Source: Raja brachyura
Taxonomy: Eukaryota
Direction of reading: 5' to 3'
DNA: 64,000 nt
NCBI GenBank assembly: GCA_963514005.1
Contig: OY740814.1
Location: 13,392,001-13,456,000, forward strand
The first letter of the stretch is position 1, and each line of letters starts with the position of its first letter. The notes under the pieces were generated by a model. The model worked only from the letters and a program-made list of their open reading frames with translations, made no database searches and was not told where the DNA came from. The position numbers were made by a program, and so were the translations under genes. Positions 25,501 through 35,692 of this stretch are shown here, one piece after another.

Positions 25501-28500
25501 TGCTGAGTTACTCTGGCAATTTGTGCCTACCTTCAAATTAAGGTTAAGCCAGCATCTGCAGTTCTTTCCGACACATTGACTGAATGCCTCCTCTGTTCAG
25601 TCAATATCTGTTTCTAATTTCAAAATTACTTCATAATTACGTCCCCATTAAAATGTGATTTCATTATTTTGCTTTTCCTGACCTCTGGAACTGCTCACCA
25701 GTGCTTATTTTTTATAGGCAGAAAGGTGTCGGTAGTCATTATCAATAAATATACATATCACGTGGTCAGAAAACAAAATAACGACGTTTAACTTTTTAGA
25801 GATGCTGATGTGCTGGAGAGGACTTACCGTCACAAAAAAACCACGGACCTGCACCATCACTTGCTTCCTTTTAGATGATCCTGAAAACATGACTCTTTGG
25901 TCTGAGTTTTTGGTCATCTTCCTGATATCTTCCTGATGTTGCTGAGGGTCAATCTTCACTTTGTAAATCTCCAGCACAATTTTGTGAAATATTTAAATCT
26001 GTTAATGGTTGTATTAAATGGAAGTTATTGTCTTAATATGACCCTCCTTCATAAAAGTCTGATGGAAAGGGGAAAAAAATCAAAGCTATGCTTACAATAC
26101 CACCTTTTAGTCATCATAAATGTCAATGCCTCATGAATCAACATGGTTTTGCATCATAAAAATCAGAATCACCTGATGTAATCAACAAACATATCCAGGG
26201 AATCAACATTTCCATCAGTGCAGAATGGCTAGGTTAATGGTATACTGGAAAAGAAATTGCACAACGTTATGACTACATATTCAGACACTTGCTACAGTAA
26301 ATATTCATTGGAGTTGCAAATTGCCACAATCTCTACATGTTCAGCATTTGGCATGGGCTGATGGAAAATACACAAACTTATTAAAATAACCATATACTAA
26401 CATGATCAGCAAGAGTTATCACTCTGGAGTTGCAGGGTGTGCAAAGAATATTATATACATAAGGAAGAATTTGATGTCATCAGGAAATTAACCAGATGGT
26501 GTATAGTTTTGTTTAACATTATTCCATACAGCACACTTCATGCTTATTAAGTGACTAATCCACTGTTTTCACAGCCCTGTGTAAGAAAATGAGGTGAGTT
26601 TTAATGGACTCGCTTGGTTATTTAATATTTTAGATACATTGGTTCACAAAATAGCTAATGTCCATGGCTTAATATTATAACACTTACTACTTAATATTAT
26701 ATTTTGCAGAAGAACATGAAAGAACAATAAAGATGATGCAAAATGAAAAGGATGACCTTTTGAAAAAACTTAAAGAAAAAGAAATAATCGGCAATAAAAC
26801 TAATTCTTGGTATGTTTATAATCCAATGCATATCTTTAAAAAATTACAATGTTAATGTGGTGAGTTTTACGTTACTTTATATCCTTATTTTGTAATAAAA
26901 TTTGTTACAACAAAGTTTATGTCCTAAATCAACTTAGACATTGTAGTGGAGGTTACTTTTCTCTAAAATTACCATTCTCTTAAAGAATTATTGTGAATTT
27001 TGCTTTGTAGTATTTATGCTTGCTTCCTTGTTCAAAATGACGGTGTTAATTTGCCAAAATAACATGTTTGCATGTTGAAGAGGGAAACAGGATCTGCAAG
27101 ACTTGTGGGCAAGATCAGAGCTTTCTTCTATCTTTGCCTGCACAGAATGATAAATTCATTCAACTAGACGGGTACTCGGCAGAGAGTAATTACCAAACTT
27201 GCAATAAAGATTAGAATTGGAGCTTCTGTGTATGAGAACTGTTTGACCTCTACATATTTTCCTTGATTACGATTCCTGAATATAGATTCTGGAATTACAT
27301 AGATTACCCAATCTATACTGATTTCCCAACATGTTTTATTTGTTCTATATGCAAAGACAGAAAACTACTCTGGAACGTTGCAACTTTATAGTGATGAACA
27401 TGTTCCCTCTTTATTGTCTACATGGGAAAGTTTGTATAAAATATAGTATAGGAACCAATATATGAATGATAATATTACAATATGAGAGCTTCTGACAAAT
27501 ATGGGAAGTTGTTCTTTAGTCTTATCCTGAGGTTTTCCAACCATGATATCTTGCGTATTCTAATACTCGTTCTTTGTGTCATGAGCATAATGTATGAATC
27601 ATTTTCAATTTTTGCAATTCCTGAATCACTAATAACATGTTTTGAAATAATCAACACTTTATTTTGTGGTATAAATCACTTCCTGTTTCTTTGGGAATGC
27701 AACTGATTCAACACCTGCATTCTATCCAATCAACAAACATGAGTAAAGGTAGCTCAGTCACCCACGTCACAGCCCCACTCCCAGCATATGAGAGGGGTCT
27801 CTTAAATATGTAATTCAAATTGTGCCTGGCCATGTTGAAGTCACATGATATTATTCTTGAACAAAATTGAAATTGTATTCAACCACGATAATTTACATAC
27901 TAACGGCAATCTCCACATGTATTCCATTCAGTTTTTAGTTTCTTAATTAAGTAGTAAGTTTCAGGTAATCATATTCCAATCAATAACGTGCCATTGATGT
28001 ACTGGATGTAGGTGTCTCCTAACATGGGTCAAATGTCGGCTTAGACTGTAACACTGACGCTGTCACATCAAACCGTTTCAATCAAATGCTAATTGCTTGT
28101 GACCAAATCACAAAGGCTTATTTCCAACAAAAGTGAGCAAATGAGAATCTTCCGATTCCACCAAAAGAATTGTGTATCAAATCTGGCAGATGTGGGATCC
28201 GGTCATGTATGGGGAATTTTAATTGCTTAACCACCATCTGTAACTTTTGTGTTTTCTCAGTCTGTGTAATATCAAGTATAATTGACTCGTTTGTTTTGCT
28301 TGATTTCAGTTTACAAGAAAATAGGAGTTCTGAAAATTCAACCAAGTTGATCTCTGCAAAAGGATTAGAAGAAATTCGTCATCAATATTTAAGGGCTGTG
28401 GACAAAATTAGGGGTAACTTCCTTCAATTTAATTTGTATCTTGGGAAGAGGAAGATTACTAAACAAAAAGATTCATTGATTTGTATTCTACAACATTGTG

Positions 28501-31500
28501 GGAAGCTAGGAAAGAAATTGCAGGGTCCCTGGCAAAGATATTTGTATCATCAATAGCCATGGGTGAGGTACTGGAGGATATCTAATATTGTGCTTCTGTA
28601 TAAGAAAGGCTGCAAGGAAATGCCTAGAAACTACAAACCAGTGAACCTATGTCAGTGGATGTTATTGAAAGGTATTCTGAGCAACAGTATCAACATGAAA
28701 TTGGAAAGGCACAGGACTGATTAGGGATGGTCAGCATGGCTTTGTGTGTGGCTAAATTGTGCCTTGAAAATTTGACTGAGTATCTTAAAGAGATGACCAA
28801 AAACTGTAGATGTTGGAACCTTGAGTGTAAAATAAAGTGATGTGTTGTAGGCTACCCAAACAGAATGAGGTTCTATACCAGCTACAACCTAACAACATAC
28901 ACATACAACATTCTCCAATTTCAAATAGTACCTTCCTAGTAGTACAGGGGTCGGCAACCTTGTTCTGCATAGGGGCTGGGATGCATGTCTGTGAGGTGAT
29001 GGCGGGCCACATCTATCATGTGTACACATGGATCCCACCCCGGATGGCAGGCATCAAATCACGTGTTCACAGAAGGTAGACAAAAATGCTGGAGAAACTC
29101 AACGGGTAAGGCAGCCTCATGCAGTCCTTGCATGTCTCACCCGCTGAGTTTCTCCAGCATTTTTGTCTACCTTCGATTTTTCCAACATCTGCACTTCGAT
29201 TTTTCCAACATCTGCAGCTCTATCTTAAACGTGTTAACAGAAGGTGCGAGGCCATGCCAGCGGCTTTGCGCAGGATGTGGTACAGCCAGAGCTCGGCTGC
29301 TGCTCGGGGCGCCCAGCCGCTGCTCGGGGAAGTGATGGGAAAGCCATGTATGGGGTATTGTGTACAGTCCTGATCTCTCTTCTGCGGGAAGAATGTCATT
29401 AAACTGGAAAGAGTGCACAGAGGATTTCCAAGGATGGTACCAGGACTGGAGATTAAGTGTTATAAAGGAAGACTAAGTAAGCTAGGATTTTTTTAATTGA
29501 AGCATAGGAGACTGAGCAGTGATCTTACAGACGTTTATAAAATGATGAGGGGAATAGGTGAGCCGCTGTCTTTTTCCCCAGGACAAGAGTATCTTAAACT
29601 AGAAGGCATAGGTTTATGGTGAGAGGAGAAACATTGTAAAAAGAATATGAGGGTATCATTTTCACACATGGGTTAGCTTTATTATTATCACATGTACTGA
29701 GGTACAGTGAAAAGCTTTGTCTTGCATGCTTTCTAAACAGTTCACATATACCATACAGAGCCATATTCAGTTCACACTCGAGTACAATACATAAAGCAAA
29801 CTTTTTTCACGCAGGGTAGGGTGTATATAGATGAGCTGCATGAGGAGTTGGTAGAAGTGGACATAATTATGACACTTGGACAGTGCATGGATAGGATAGG
29901 TTTGGAAGGATTTGGGCCAGGTTTACCAGGTTGGACTAACCTGGTTTAGCAACTTGGCCAGCGTGGATGAGTTGAGCCAAAAGTCCTGTTTTCATCTGTA
30001 TAAATTATTGACTCTATCTTTGCCTTTGTCATTCAACTTGTTCTAGAATAGAATGATAATGCACTTTCCAACCATTGGTAATCAAATATGTATCTTTTAA
30101 ATGGGTACAATCATTAAATATGTTCACTTGAAATTTAATGTTGCTTTTAAAATATTGATTTGAAATGTTGCAGTAGATATCTTTACATTTTATATTTATC
30201 AATTGGACAGATGATTGTGTAAGCAGGAACAATGCAACAAATTCCAAACAACATATATTCAAATTGTATTTTGTTAGACCTGATTGCATTTCAGAGTATT
30301 GACATTTTTGTGATCATTGTACTTTTGAAGGAGTGATCACAGTTCCTGCATATCAAGTCAGGTCATGTTTATTGCTAGTTGCACACATACAGTGAGGTAC
30401 AGACACAATGACAATCTTGCTAGCAGCAGCATTGCGAACACAGACTCTGACAGGCACGGAAATCGCTATCAAAATATGGAGGGGACAGGGGGGACTGAAT
30501 TTCTTGGCGGGCGCGCGTGCGCGGCTTCGGAGGCTCAATCCAGCACTAAATGCAGCTCAACTCTGCCTGTCTCACCGGGTTAACCTACAGCCCTGCCTGG
30601 ACTGACGGGACACCAGCGCTGCTTCTCCGCGCTGGCTGTAAACCTGGGAGTATTTCCCGCAAACCCAGGCAGGGCTGTCGGTTCACCTGGTGGGGCAGGC
30701 AGAGTTGAGCTGGGTTTAGCGCTTCTTCTCAGCGCTGGCTGTGGGCCTGGGGGTACAGCTCCCGTCTGACTCCCGACCTCTCTAGCCACCCATTGGGGGG
30801 TGGGGACGGGACAGTGCAGGAGAGCCGGGATCGATCCTGGCTGCGGATGAGGCGCAGGTCTGTGCCGAGAGTGTTTTGGCACGTCTCCCTCCTCCAATCA
30901 CCGCACTCTATCTTCAGTCCCACCCCCACTCCTCCCTCCTCCAATGATCACGCTAAATCGTCATGTCCTGCCCCCATTGCCTGCTGACCGACGTCTCTCT
31001 CGTCCAATCGGGGCGCCCTCGATCAGCAGTTCCACCCCAACTGTCTCGCGGAAAGCGGAGATTTCGCCGGGTTTTAATTTCCGGATTACAAAAGCTTTGC
31101 GGGGGATCGTCCCCAACCTCTCAAAACAGAGGGGGGACGTGTCCCCCCTGCCCCCACCCCCCGGGATTTCCGCCCCTGGACTCTGACAACATACAAAAAC
31201 ATAAACTATACATAATACTCAAATTCTGCAAATCAGTAAAGGTAAAGTTGCAAAACAACAATCATGCAAATCAATAGAAAAACAAGTAAATTAAATAATT
31301 TTCCAAATACCTTTAAAAATTTATTTTGTTTTTTCCTAATGTTTTATGGTGAATTTGAAGTTATTTGAAGGTTGACAATTTTTGATGAGCTTTAACAAAT
31401 AAACTGCTTTCATTTTTCAATATATATCAATATTTAATTATTTCAATGTTTACCTGCATTGACAGCACTTGCCTATCTGGTCAAGAAAGCAGAGTTCAAC

Positions 31501-34261
31501 TCTGTGTAGCCAAACTTGTACTTGTAATCTGGTCTAACAACCAATTGTTTGAAGCACAGTTCTCCGAGTAGCTTAAATTTGAGTACTAGGATGGGAACAC
31601 CTGAACCTACTTAGCAAATGATGTTTATGGGACATCATTTGTAAAATAAATGATATACTGATATAACGTAACATTGCAGTTTTTCAAAAAAAAATTGTGT
31701 CTTTCAATGTAGTAAAGTGCTTTAAGAAAAAGTGAGATTTGGTTTATTGTATATTAAATTATTGGAATTCTGATTACTGAGACACCTGTGAGTCCCACTC
31801 CAGATTTTCAGCTGACATTTCAGTGCAGTACCAGTAGAAATGGTTTCAACGTTAATACTGGGCTGTAATTGTCTCATCAGCATGGTATCAGCAAGGAAGA
31901 GCTGGAGTGTAGATTAAGTTTCCTTGTTCATGTTAATCACTCAACCATGCTATGAAAAGCAGATCATGTAATTCCTTAGTGGATCTTGCAATATGTCGAT
32001 TGCCTACTCTCATATAGAATTGAATGTACTTAAAAAATGTGTCATTTAGATTATCAAAGGTGCTATATAATGTATTTTTTGAGACATAATGTCTTGAAAT
32101 TGAGGAAGAAAAATGTAACTTTGATTGTTGATTCTGATGTCATTTGACTCTTATCTTGAGAGATTTACTTATTTTGTGCAGAAGATATGCTGCGTTACAT
32201 CCAAGAGAGCAAAGTCCGAGCAGCTGAAATGATTCGTACAGAAGTATTTAGAGAACGTCAACAAACTGCGCGAAAAATGCGAAAGTACTATTTGACCTGT
32301 CTTCATCAACTCTTGATAGATGGCGGAAAAAATGAAGGGTAAAAATCTTAACGTGGCAGCTTCTGTTGGATAATTGTTTGCTGTGATTATCAATATTGAT
32401 TTGAAGAACATTTGGAGATTTCAGACAATACAATAATGCCTTAAAAGAACTTCCTGGATTAGAGCATCATTAAAATAATACTCAATAATTTAATGATTGA
32501 GTGCTATGATTCCATGAAATCTCATGTCTGGAAAATAAGGATGATTTTTCAAATATCTCTTTGAATAATCTTGCATAATATGTTGATTATAACAAAAAAT
32601 ATAATTACAGTGCTGAAAAGAAGATCATGAATGCTGCTGGCAAATTGGCTGCGATGGCCAAAGCTATAGAAACACCTCTTCAAAATCGAAAGCGTGATAA
32701 AGCTGAAACCCACACTGGTATGCATGATGATTTGCAAACTTGTACTTCAATATTTAAACATGCTTACTTTATTTATAAGGTGGTGTTTTACATTTTTACT
32801 TGATTTCAACATATGTTAAGAATCAATTACGCTGGTGACAATAAGTAAACGTTTGCTAAACTTGCGTAGCATGGTTGTTCTTCCTGCCATATAACTTGTT
32901 CGAAAGAAGTAGGTTTACTATTTTTTCCAAATGAAAATTAAAGTGCAGTTACCCTGCATTATGTTTTCTCTTTAATAATGCATTTGAAGAATTCAAAATG
33001 GGAAACAATTCCTTGTCCTACTAGCCCAGATAATAGTATAGATTGGTACATTTTTATTAATGATATTTTTGATAAATATGTATATAGTTTGTGCTGTGTA
33101 CTTCAATTTACGTACCAGCATTGATCATAATTCTTTGTCTTATTCTTGTCATTATTAAGGAAACTGAATGTGGGAATGTTACTTAGTTTGGTTATGTTAT
33201 TTGGTTAGGCTACATTTGGAATATTATATACAATTCTCGTCACCTAATTACAGGAAGAATGGAGGCTTTGGAGAGGGTGCAGAGGATGTCTGATCTTTAC
33301 CAGAATGCTGTCTGATCTTGAGGCTGAGAGCTGTTGGAAGTGTATAAAATTATGAGAGGCACAAAAGATGGTGGGTGACTGGAATGGCTGCCAGGAGTAT
33401 TGGTGGAGCCAGATATGATAGTAGTATTTAAGAGGCTTTTAGATAGTCACATGGATATATAAGGAATGTAGGGCACGGATCAAGTGCAGCCAGATGAGAT
33501 TAGTTTAGCTTGGCATCATGTTATGAATAGACATTGTGGGCAGAAGGGCATGTTCCTGGGTTGTACTTTTCTATGTTCCATGCAAGGGTATTTTTAATGA
33601 ATGTTGCAACAACAACCCTGGGAAAATATAAGATGAAATGGGTTCATAGCTTTTTGATTAGTAAGGGGTCAAAAATATACTACCGACAATGCAACTCATA
33701 GGTTACGGGGAGAAGGCAGGACAATGGGGTTGAGAGGGAAAGATAGATCAGCCATGATTGAATGGTGGAGTAGACTCGATGGGCTGAATAGCCTAATTCT
33801 ACTGCTATACGTTATGATTGTCAGATAGGTGTGATTGATGAGACTAATTGCATAAGGACTTATCAGCAGGGGTTTAAAACAATTTTACAATTTGAATGTG
33901 TTTTGAGTGACATACGGGATAGGGTACCAGTGGTAACTCTGTAGTTTTTATACACATTGGTACATCTAAATGTTTTGAAATAAATGTTAATTTTTTAAAT
34001 ATTGATTAATTTCACTGCAACTGCAATCTCTATGACAATTGATTATTTTTGCAAAGGAACTCCTTAATGGTTTCAACACGGGTGGTTTGCAAATGATTAA
34101 TTTTCTGTACAGAGTTTCATGTTGCATTTGATATGTTTCTATCAAATTACTGAAATGTTTATTCGTTGTTGGGCATGATACTTAATGCTTTGCAAACTAT
34201 TTGTAACTCATGGAGGAGTCTTTCCTTAGTGCAATATTTGTATTGTTATTCATCAATAACA

Positions 34262-34310
<49 letters not shown>

Positions 34311-35441
34311 GCACAACTAACAAAGAAAAGTTCAGAAACAGCTCCAAATATTTCTGAGAACAGTGGAGGGGTGCCAGCATCTGTGCACTTGCATGGAAAC
34401 CAAAATGTGAATTCCTCTTCCAGTGAGGGTCAAATACAAAAATTCAAAAAATATACCACCGACAATGCAACTCATAAAGTATCTACGCCACAGATTCGGA
34501 ATAAATCATTGTTTGGTGCTGCCGTGGAGAATAGTACTTCAGATGAAGAATTGGCAACAACTGATAAACATGTTCACTCTCATAAACATAAAGGAAAATC
34601 TGGCATTTTCCTGAAGGATGCTACTTCCATGGCAAATGGCGCCGTGTCGAAATCAAAATATCACAGAGCTACTACTATAGCCCATTGTCAAAATCCCTCC
34701 AAATATCTGTCCCAAATGTCTCTCAGTAAAGCACGTGTATTCAGCTCTATTGACAGTGTTTCTGACAAAGCACAGTTACAAACGTCATGCAGACAGGATA
34801 GTAACCCACTCTCAGAAGAACTTGTGCAATTACGAATGGCATGCAATCAGGATAATATCTCATCTTTGAAAGGTTACTCAGAAAATTTTATATGCTCTGA
34901 AACTTTCATCAAGCCATCTTCTGACGTCTGTGAAACTCCTGAAAGAGATGATAGTGATTGTGCCGTCAATTATGAAGCTTCCAACTCTCATAAAATGGAC
35001 AGACTTAGTTTTAAGCAGACTAAAGGAAACACTTGTCATTTAAATGATTATAAGATTCCTATTAAATGTAAAATGACAAGTGGTATTTCCGTGTCCCTTT
35101 CAGCTACAAACATACAACATAAACCAGTTCCTATTACAAATGGTATTGAAGCATCTCCCTCCATTTCCTCTGCAGCCTCTGATATTAGTTCTCTTTCTGA
35201 AGATGAAAATGCTTGTTATTTGAAGAAGAAAATCCCAGCTCTTTCAAGGTTACATACACAATTTGCAGAAAGTGCCTGTGCAACAAATAATGGAGAGCAG
35301 ACAAGCACAAGGACAGAGACGGGTATATTGTACCGAACTAAAGATTTCATTCAAAACAAGCATCCATCTGTCACTTCTCAAAACATAGGCAATATTCAAC
35401 AAGACAGTGGATTTGACAGTCCATTCCTTAATTTTCATTAA
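1384..35441 (+). CDS. CEP152: Centrosomal protein of 152 kDa (CEP152/asterless), 22 coding exons, 5'-partial
   Basis: Exons join in frame (4817 nt). Peptides match vertebrate CEP152 landmarks: [73 protein letters not shown] and C-terminal [14 protein letters not shown]. Confidence 0.97.
2508..2647 (+). CDS. CEP152: CEP152 exon ([10 protein letters not shown]...DHSASEEE), GC donor
   Basis: tttgcag acceptor; ends GAG|gcaagc, with no in-frame GT before the downstream stop. Confidence 0.85.
3193..3393 (+). CDS. CEP152: CEP152 exon (ALKNQKIAE...SSLEEQ)
   Basis: tgtgcag / gttaga; [12 protein letters not shown] motif. Confidence 0.93.
3689..3836 (+). CDS. CEP152: CEP152 exon ([14 protein letters not shown]...CRDLLQT)
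   Basis: pyrimidine tract + caag acceptor, gttgga donor; [14 protein letters not shown] motif. Confidence 0.9.
4060..4430 (+). mobile_element. CR1-type LINE 3' fragment
   Basis: gataggctgggtttattctc...ggagactgaggggtgaccttat...tttaaaaggcgtttggataagtac...gggcct tail, shared with other copies here. Confidence 0.75.
4919..5010 (+). CDS. CEP152: CEP152 exon ([14 protein letters not shown]...MNKALQ)
   Basis: tttcag / gtcatc; phase 1-0. Confidence 0.9.
5485..5648 (+). CDS. CEP152: CEP152 exon ([18 protein letters not shown]...)
   Basis: ttttag / gtatac; LYESAAK motif. Confidence 0.92.
6186..6402 (+). CDS. CEP152: CEP152 exon ([11 protein letters not shown]...LARNHE)
   Basis: ctgctag / gtcagt; [11 protein letters not shown] motif. 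Confidence 0.9.
7052..7171 (+). CDS. CEP152: CEP152 exon ([11 protein letters not shown]...LHKEIE)
   Basis: ttttag / gtaaaa; 120 nt, phase 0-0, open frame; less conserved. Confidence 0.75.
7305..7435 (+). CDS. CEP152: CEP152 exon (DKQQEIEK...[11 protein letters not shown])
   Basis: cttcag / gtacag. Confidence 0.93.
7540..8311 (+). mobile_element. Rex1/Babar-type LINE 3' fragment
   Basis: Peptides [22 protein letters not shown] and [17 protein letters not shown]; ends aataaa + (ATTC)n tail. Confidence 0.8.
8702..9219. mobile_element. Tigger/pogo-like non-autonomous DNA transposon (MITE)
   Basis: Imperfect TIRs ccgcaaaccctcgttataatg / ccgtaataatgaggtagactg, flanked by TA on both sides. Confidence 0.6.
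9347..9475 (+). CDS. CEP152: CEP152 exon ([10 protein letters not shown]...YEQRITQA)
   Basis: ctttag / gtgagt. Confidence 0.92.
9640..10560 (+). mobile_element. CR1 LINE RT/3' fragment, degenerate
   Basis: aaatttgtggatgataccaaa (KF.DDTK), KC.VM.FG, LGVQVH region and CR1 3' end. Confidence 0.8.
10925..11057 (+). CDS. CEP152: CEP152 exon ([17 protein letters not shown]...TEQE)
   Basis: attag / gttagt; VQECY..CKEKD motif. Confidence 0.92.
11136..12753 (-). mobile_element. Tc1/mariner (IR/DR-type Tc1) transposon, near full length, inactive
   Basis: TA-CAGTGCCCTC...GAGGGCACTG-TA ends, about 210-bp TIRs with an internal direct repeat; transposase remnants [20 protein letters not shown] (DD34E-type). 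Confidence 0.95.
13711..13890 (+). CDS. CEP152: CEP152 exon ([11 protein letters not shown]...WQEEQQK)
   Basis: tttcag / gtaata; 180 nt, phase 0-0, coiled-coil composition. Confidence 0.8.
15049..15336 (+). CDS. CEP152: CEP152 exon ([14 protein letters not shown]...HEDNVARQ)
   Basis: ttttag / gtaaga; 288 nt, phase 0-0. Confidence 0.92.
15465..16720. mobile_element. Two CR1 LINE fragments in opposite orientation (+ about 15465-15905, - about 15960-16720)
   Basis: [19 protein letters not shown] on +; decayed CR1 endonuclease/linker region on -. Confidence 0.7.
16750..17405 (-). mobile_element. HERO-type (R2 group) non-LTR retrotransposon 3' fragment with restriction-like endonuclease
   Basis: ORF 16857..17300: RPDILL..K...[35 protein letters not shown]; structured 3' UTR. 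Confidence 0.85.
17562..17693 (+). CDS. CEP152: CEP152 exon ([16 protein letters not shown]...VEMQ)
   Basis: ttttaag / gtcggg; 132 nt, phase 0-0. Confidence 0.92.
18128..19702 (+). mobile_element. Tc1/mariner (IR/DR-type Tc1) transposon, near full length, inactive; same family as 11136-12753
   Basis: TA-CAGTGCCCTCCATAATGTTTGGGACA...TGTCCCAAACATTATGGAGGGCACTG-TA; HTH ([19 protein letters not shown]), [32 protein letters not shown]; broken by stops and frameshifts. Confidence 0.96.
20360..21150. mobile_element. Penelope-derived fold-back element (inverted pLTR arms)
   Basis: Left arm gtgctggcataactcagc...ttcttcag is the reverse complement of right arm ctgaagaagag...gctgagttacagcagcac. Confidence 0.7.
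21225..21869 (+). CDS. CEP152: CEP152 large exon ([13 protein letters not shown]...IVQNE)
   Basis: ttacag / gtaatg; [24 protein letters not shown]. Confidence 0.93.
22273..22450 (+). CDS. CEP152: CEP152 exon ([12 protein letters not shown]...KELKR)
   Basis: taacag / gtattt; supplies the phase 0 to 1 change needed for the next exon. Confidence 0.82.
23430..23980 (+). mobile_element. CR1 LINE 3' fragment
   Basis: RPH.E.CVQ.., LE.VQ.R.TRM, CR1 tail. Confidence 0.8.
24078..24257 (+). CDS. CEP152: CEP152 exon (HTSGTQNV...[12 protein letters not shown]...LHLK)
   Basis: tgtgcag / gtcagt. Confidence 0.88.
24490..25130 (+). mobile_element. CR1 LINE 3' fragment
   Basis: [21 protein letters not shown] and gggccgaggggc tail. 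Confidence 0.8.
25245..25575 (+). mobile_element. Penelope-like element 3' end (GIY-YIG C-terminus plus pLTR)
   Basis: [22 protein letters not shown] followed by a CT-rich tract and ctgaaaaagggtctcgacctgaaacgtc. Confidence 0.8.
26710..26809 (+). CDS. CEP152: CEP152 exon ([13 protein letters not shown]...KTNS)
   Basis: ttttgcag / gtatgt; phase 1-2. Confidence 0.85.
28310..28413 (+). CDS. CEP152: CEP152 exon (LQENRSS...[17 protein letters not shown])
   Basis: tttcag / gtaact; LEE.R.QY..AV.KI motif. Confidence 0.92.
28555..30010 (+). mobile_element. Nested cluster: CR1 LINE interrupted by a hAT-like fragment (from 28945) that contains a Penelope fold-back (29072-29220)
   Basis: CR1 RT motifs at 28560-28800 and 29340-30000; caggggtcggcaacct hAT-type terminus at 28945; palindromic arms at 29072-29174. 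Confidence 0.7.
30451..31178. mobile_element. hAT-superfamily non-autonomous element, 728 bp
   Basis: TIRs CAGGCACGGAAATC / GATTTCCGCCCCTG; perfect 8-bp TSD GACTCTGA at 30443-30450 and 31179-31186; CpG-rich interior. Confidence 0.9.
32182..32338 (+). CDS. CEP152: CEP152 exon ([10 protein letters not shown]...[11 protein letters not shown]...KNE)
   Basis: gtgcag / gtaaaa; highly conserved block. Confidence 0.95.
32611..32717 (+). CDS. CEP152: CEP152 exon ([22 protein letters not shown]...)
   Basis: ttacag / gtatgc. Confidence 0.94.
33200..33815 (+). mobile_element. CR1 LINE 3' fragments (two subfamilies)
   Basis: LVRLHLE.., ALERVQR and two CR1 tails (gggcagaagggc..., gatgggctgaatagcctaattct). 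Confidence 0.75.
34264..34307 (+). repeat. (CT)22 microsatellite forming the polypyrimidine tract of the last CEP152 intron
   Basis: Pure CT run ending 4 nt before the exon start. Confidence 0.95.
34312..35441 (+). CDS. CEP152: CEP152 terminal coding exon (Ser-rich, ends [14 protein letters not shown])
   Basis: (CT)n-gaag acceptor, in frame with ORF 34371..35441; conserved C-terminal [10 protein letters not shown]. Confidence 0.93.
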
Positions 35442-35686
35442 TCAAAGGCTACTACCTTAAATATACCACTGAACCTTTTGTGCAGATATTAATTACAGTA
35501 TTCTTTGAGTCACAATTTTGCTTGTTAAATTATATTTGACATAAAGGATACACGTGTTTGATGTGCTGTAATGTATTTGCATATTTTTCTAAAATCTATT
35601 TTTGTACCGTAAGCTGATTTGTATATTTAATTTGTATATTTGGGTGCTTTTTATGGGGAGAAATGTTTCTTTTGTGATACTTTGCT

Positions 35687-35692
35687 AATAAA
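35687..35692 (+). terminator. Probable CEP152 polyadenylation signal
   Basis: AATAAA about 245 nt after the stop, followed by a GT/T-rich stretch. Confidence 0.6.

Noticed and set aside
30580-31277. ORFs within the hAT element as a transposase
   Set aside because: No hAT transposase motifs; non-autonomous GC-rich interior.
34371-35441. Stand-alone 356-aa gene
   Set aside because: It is the terminal exon of CEP152; the frame continues from the acceptor at 34311.
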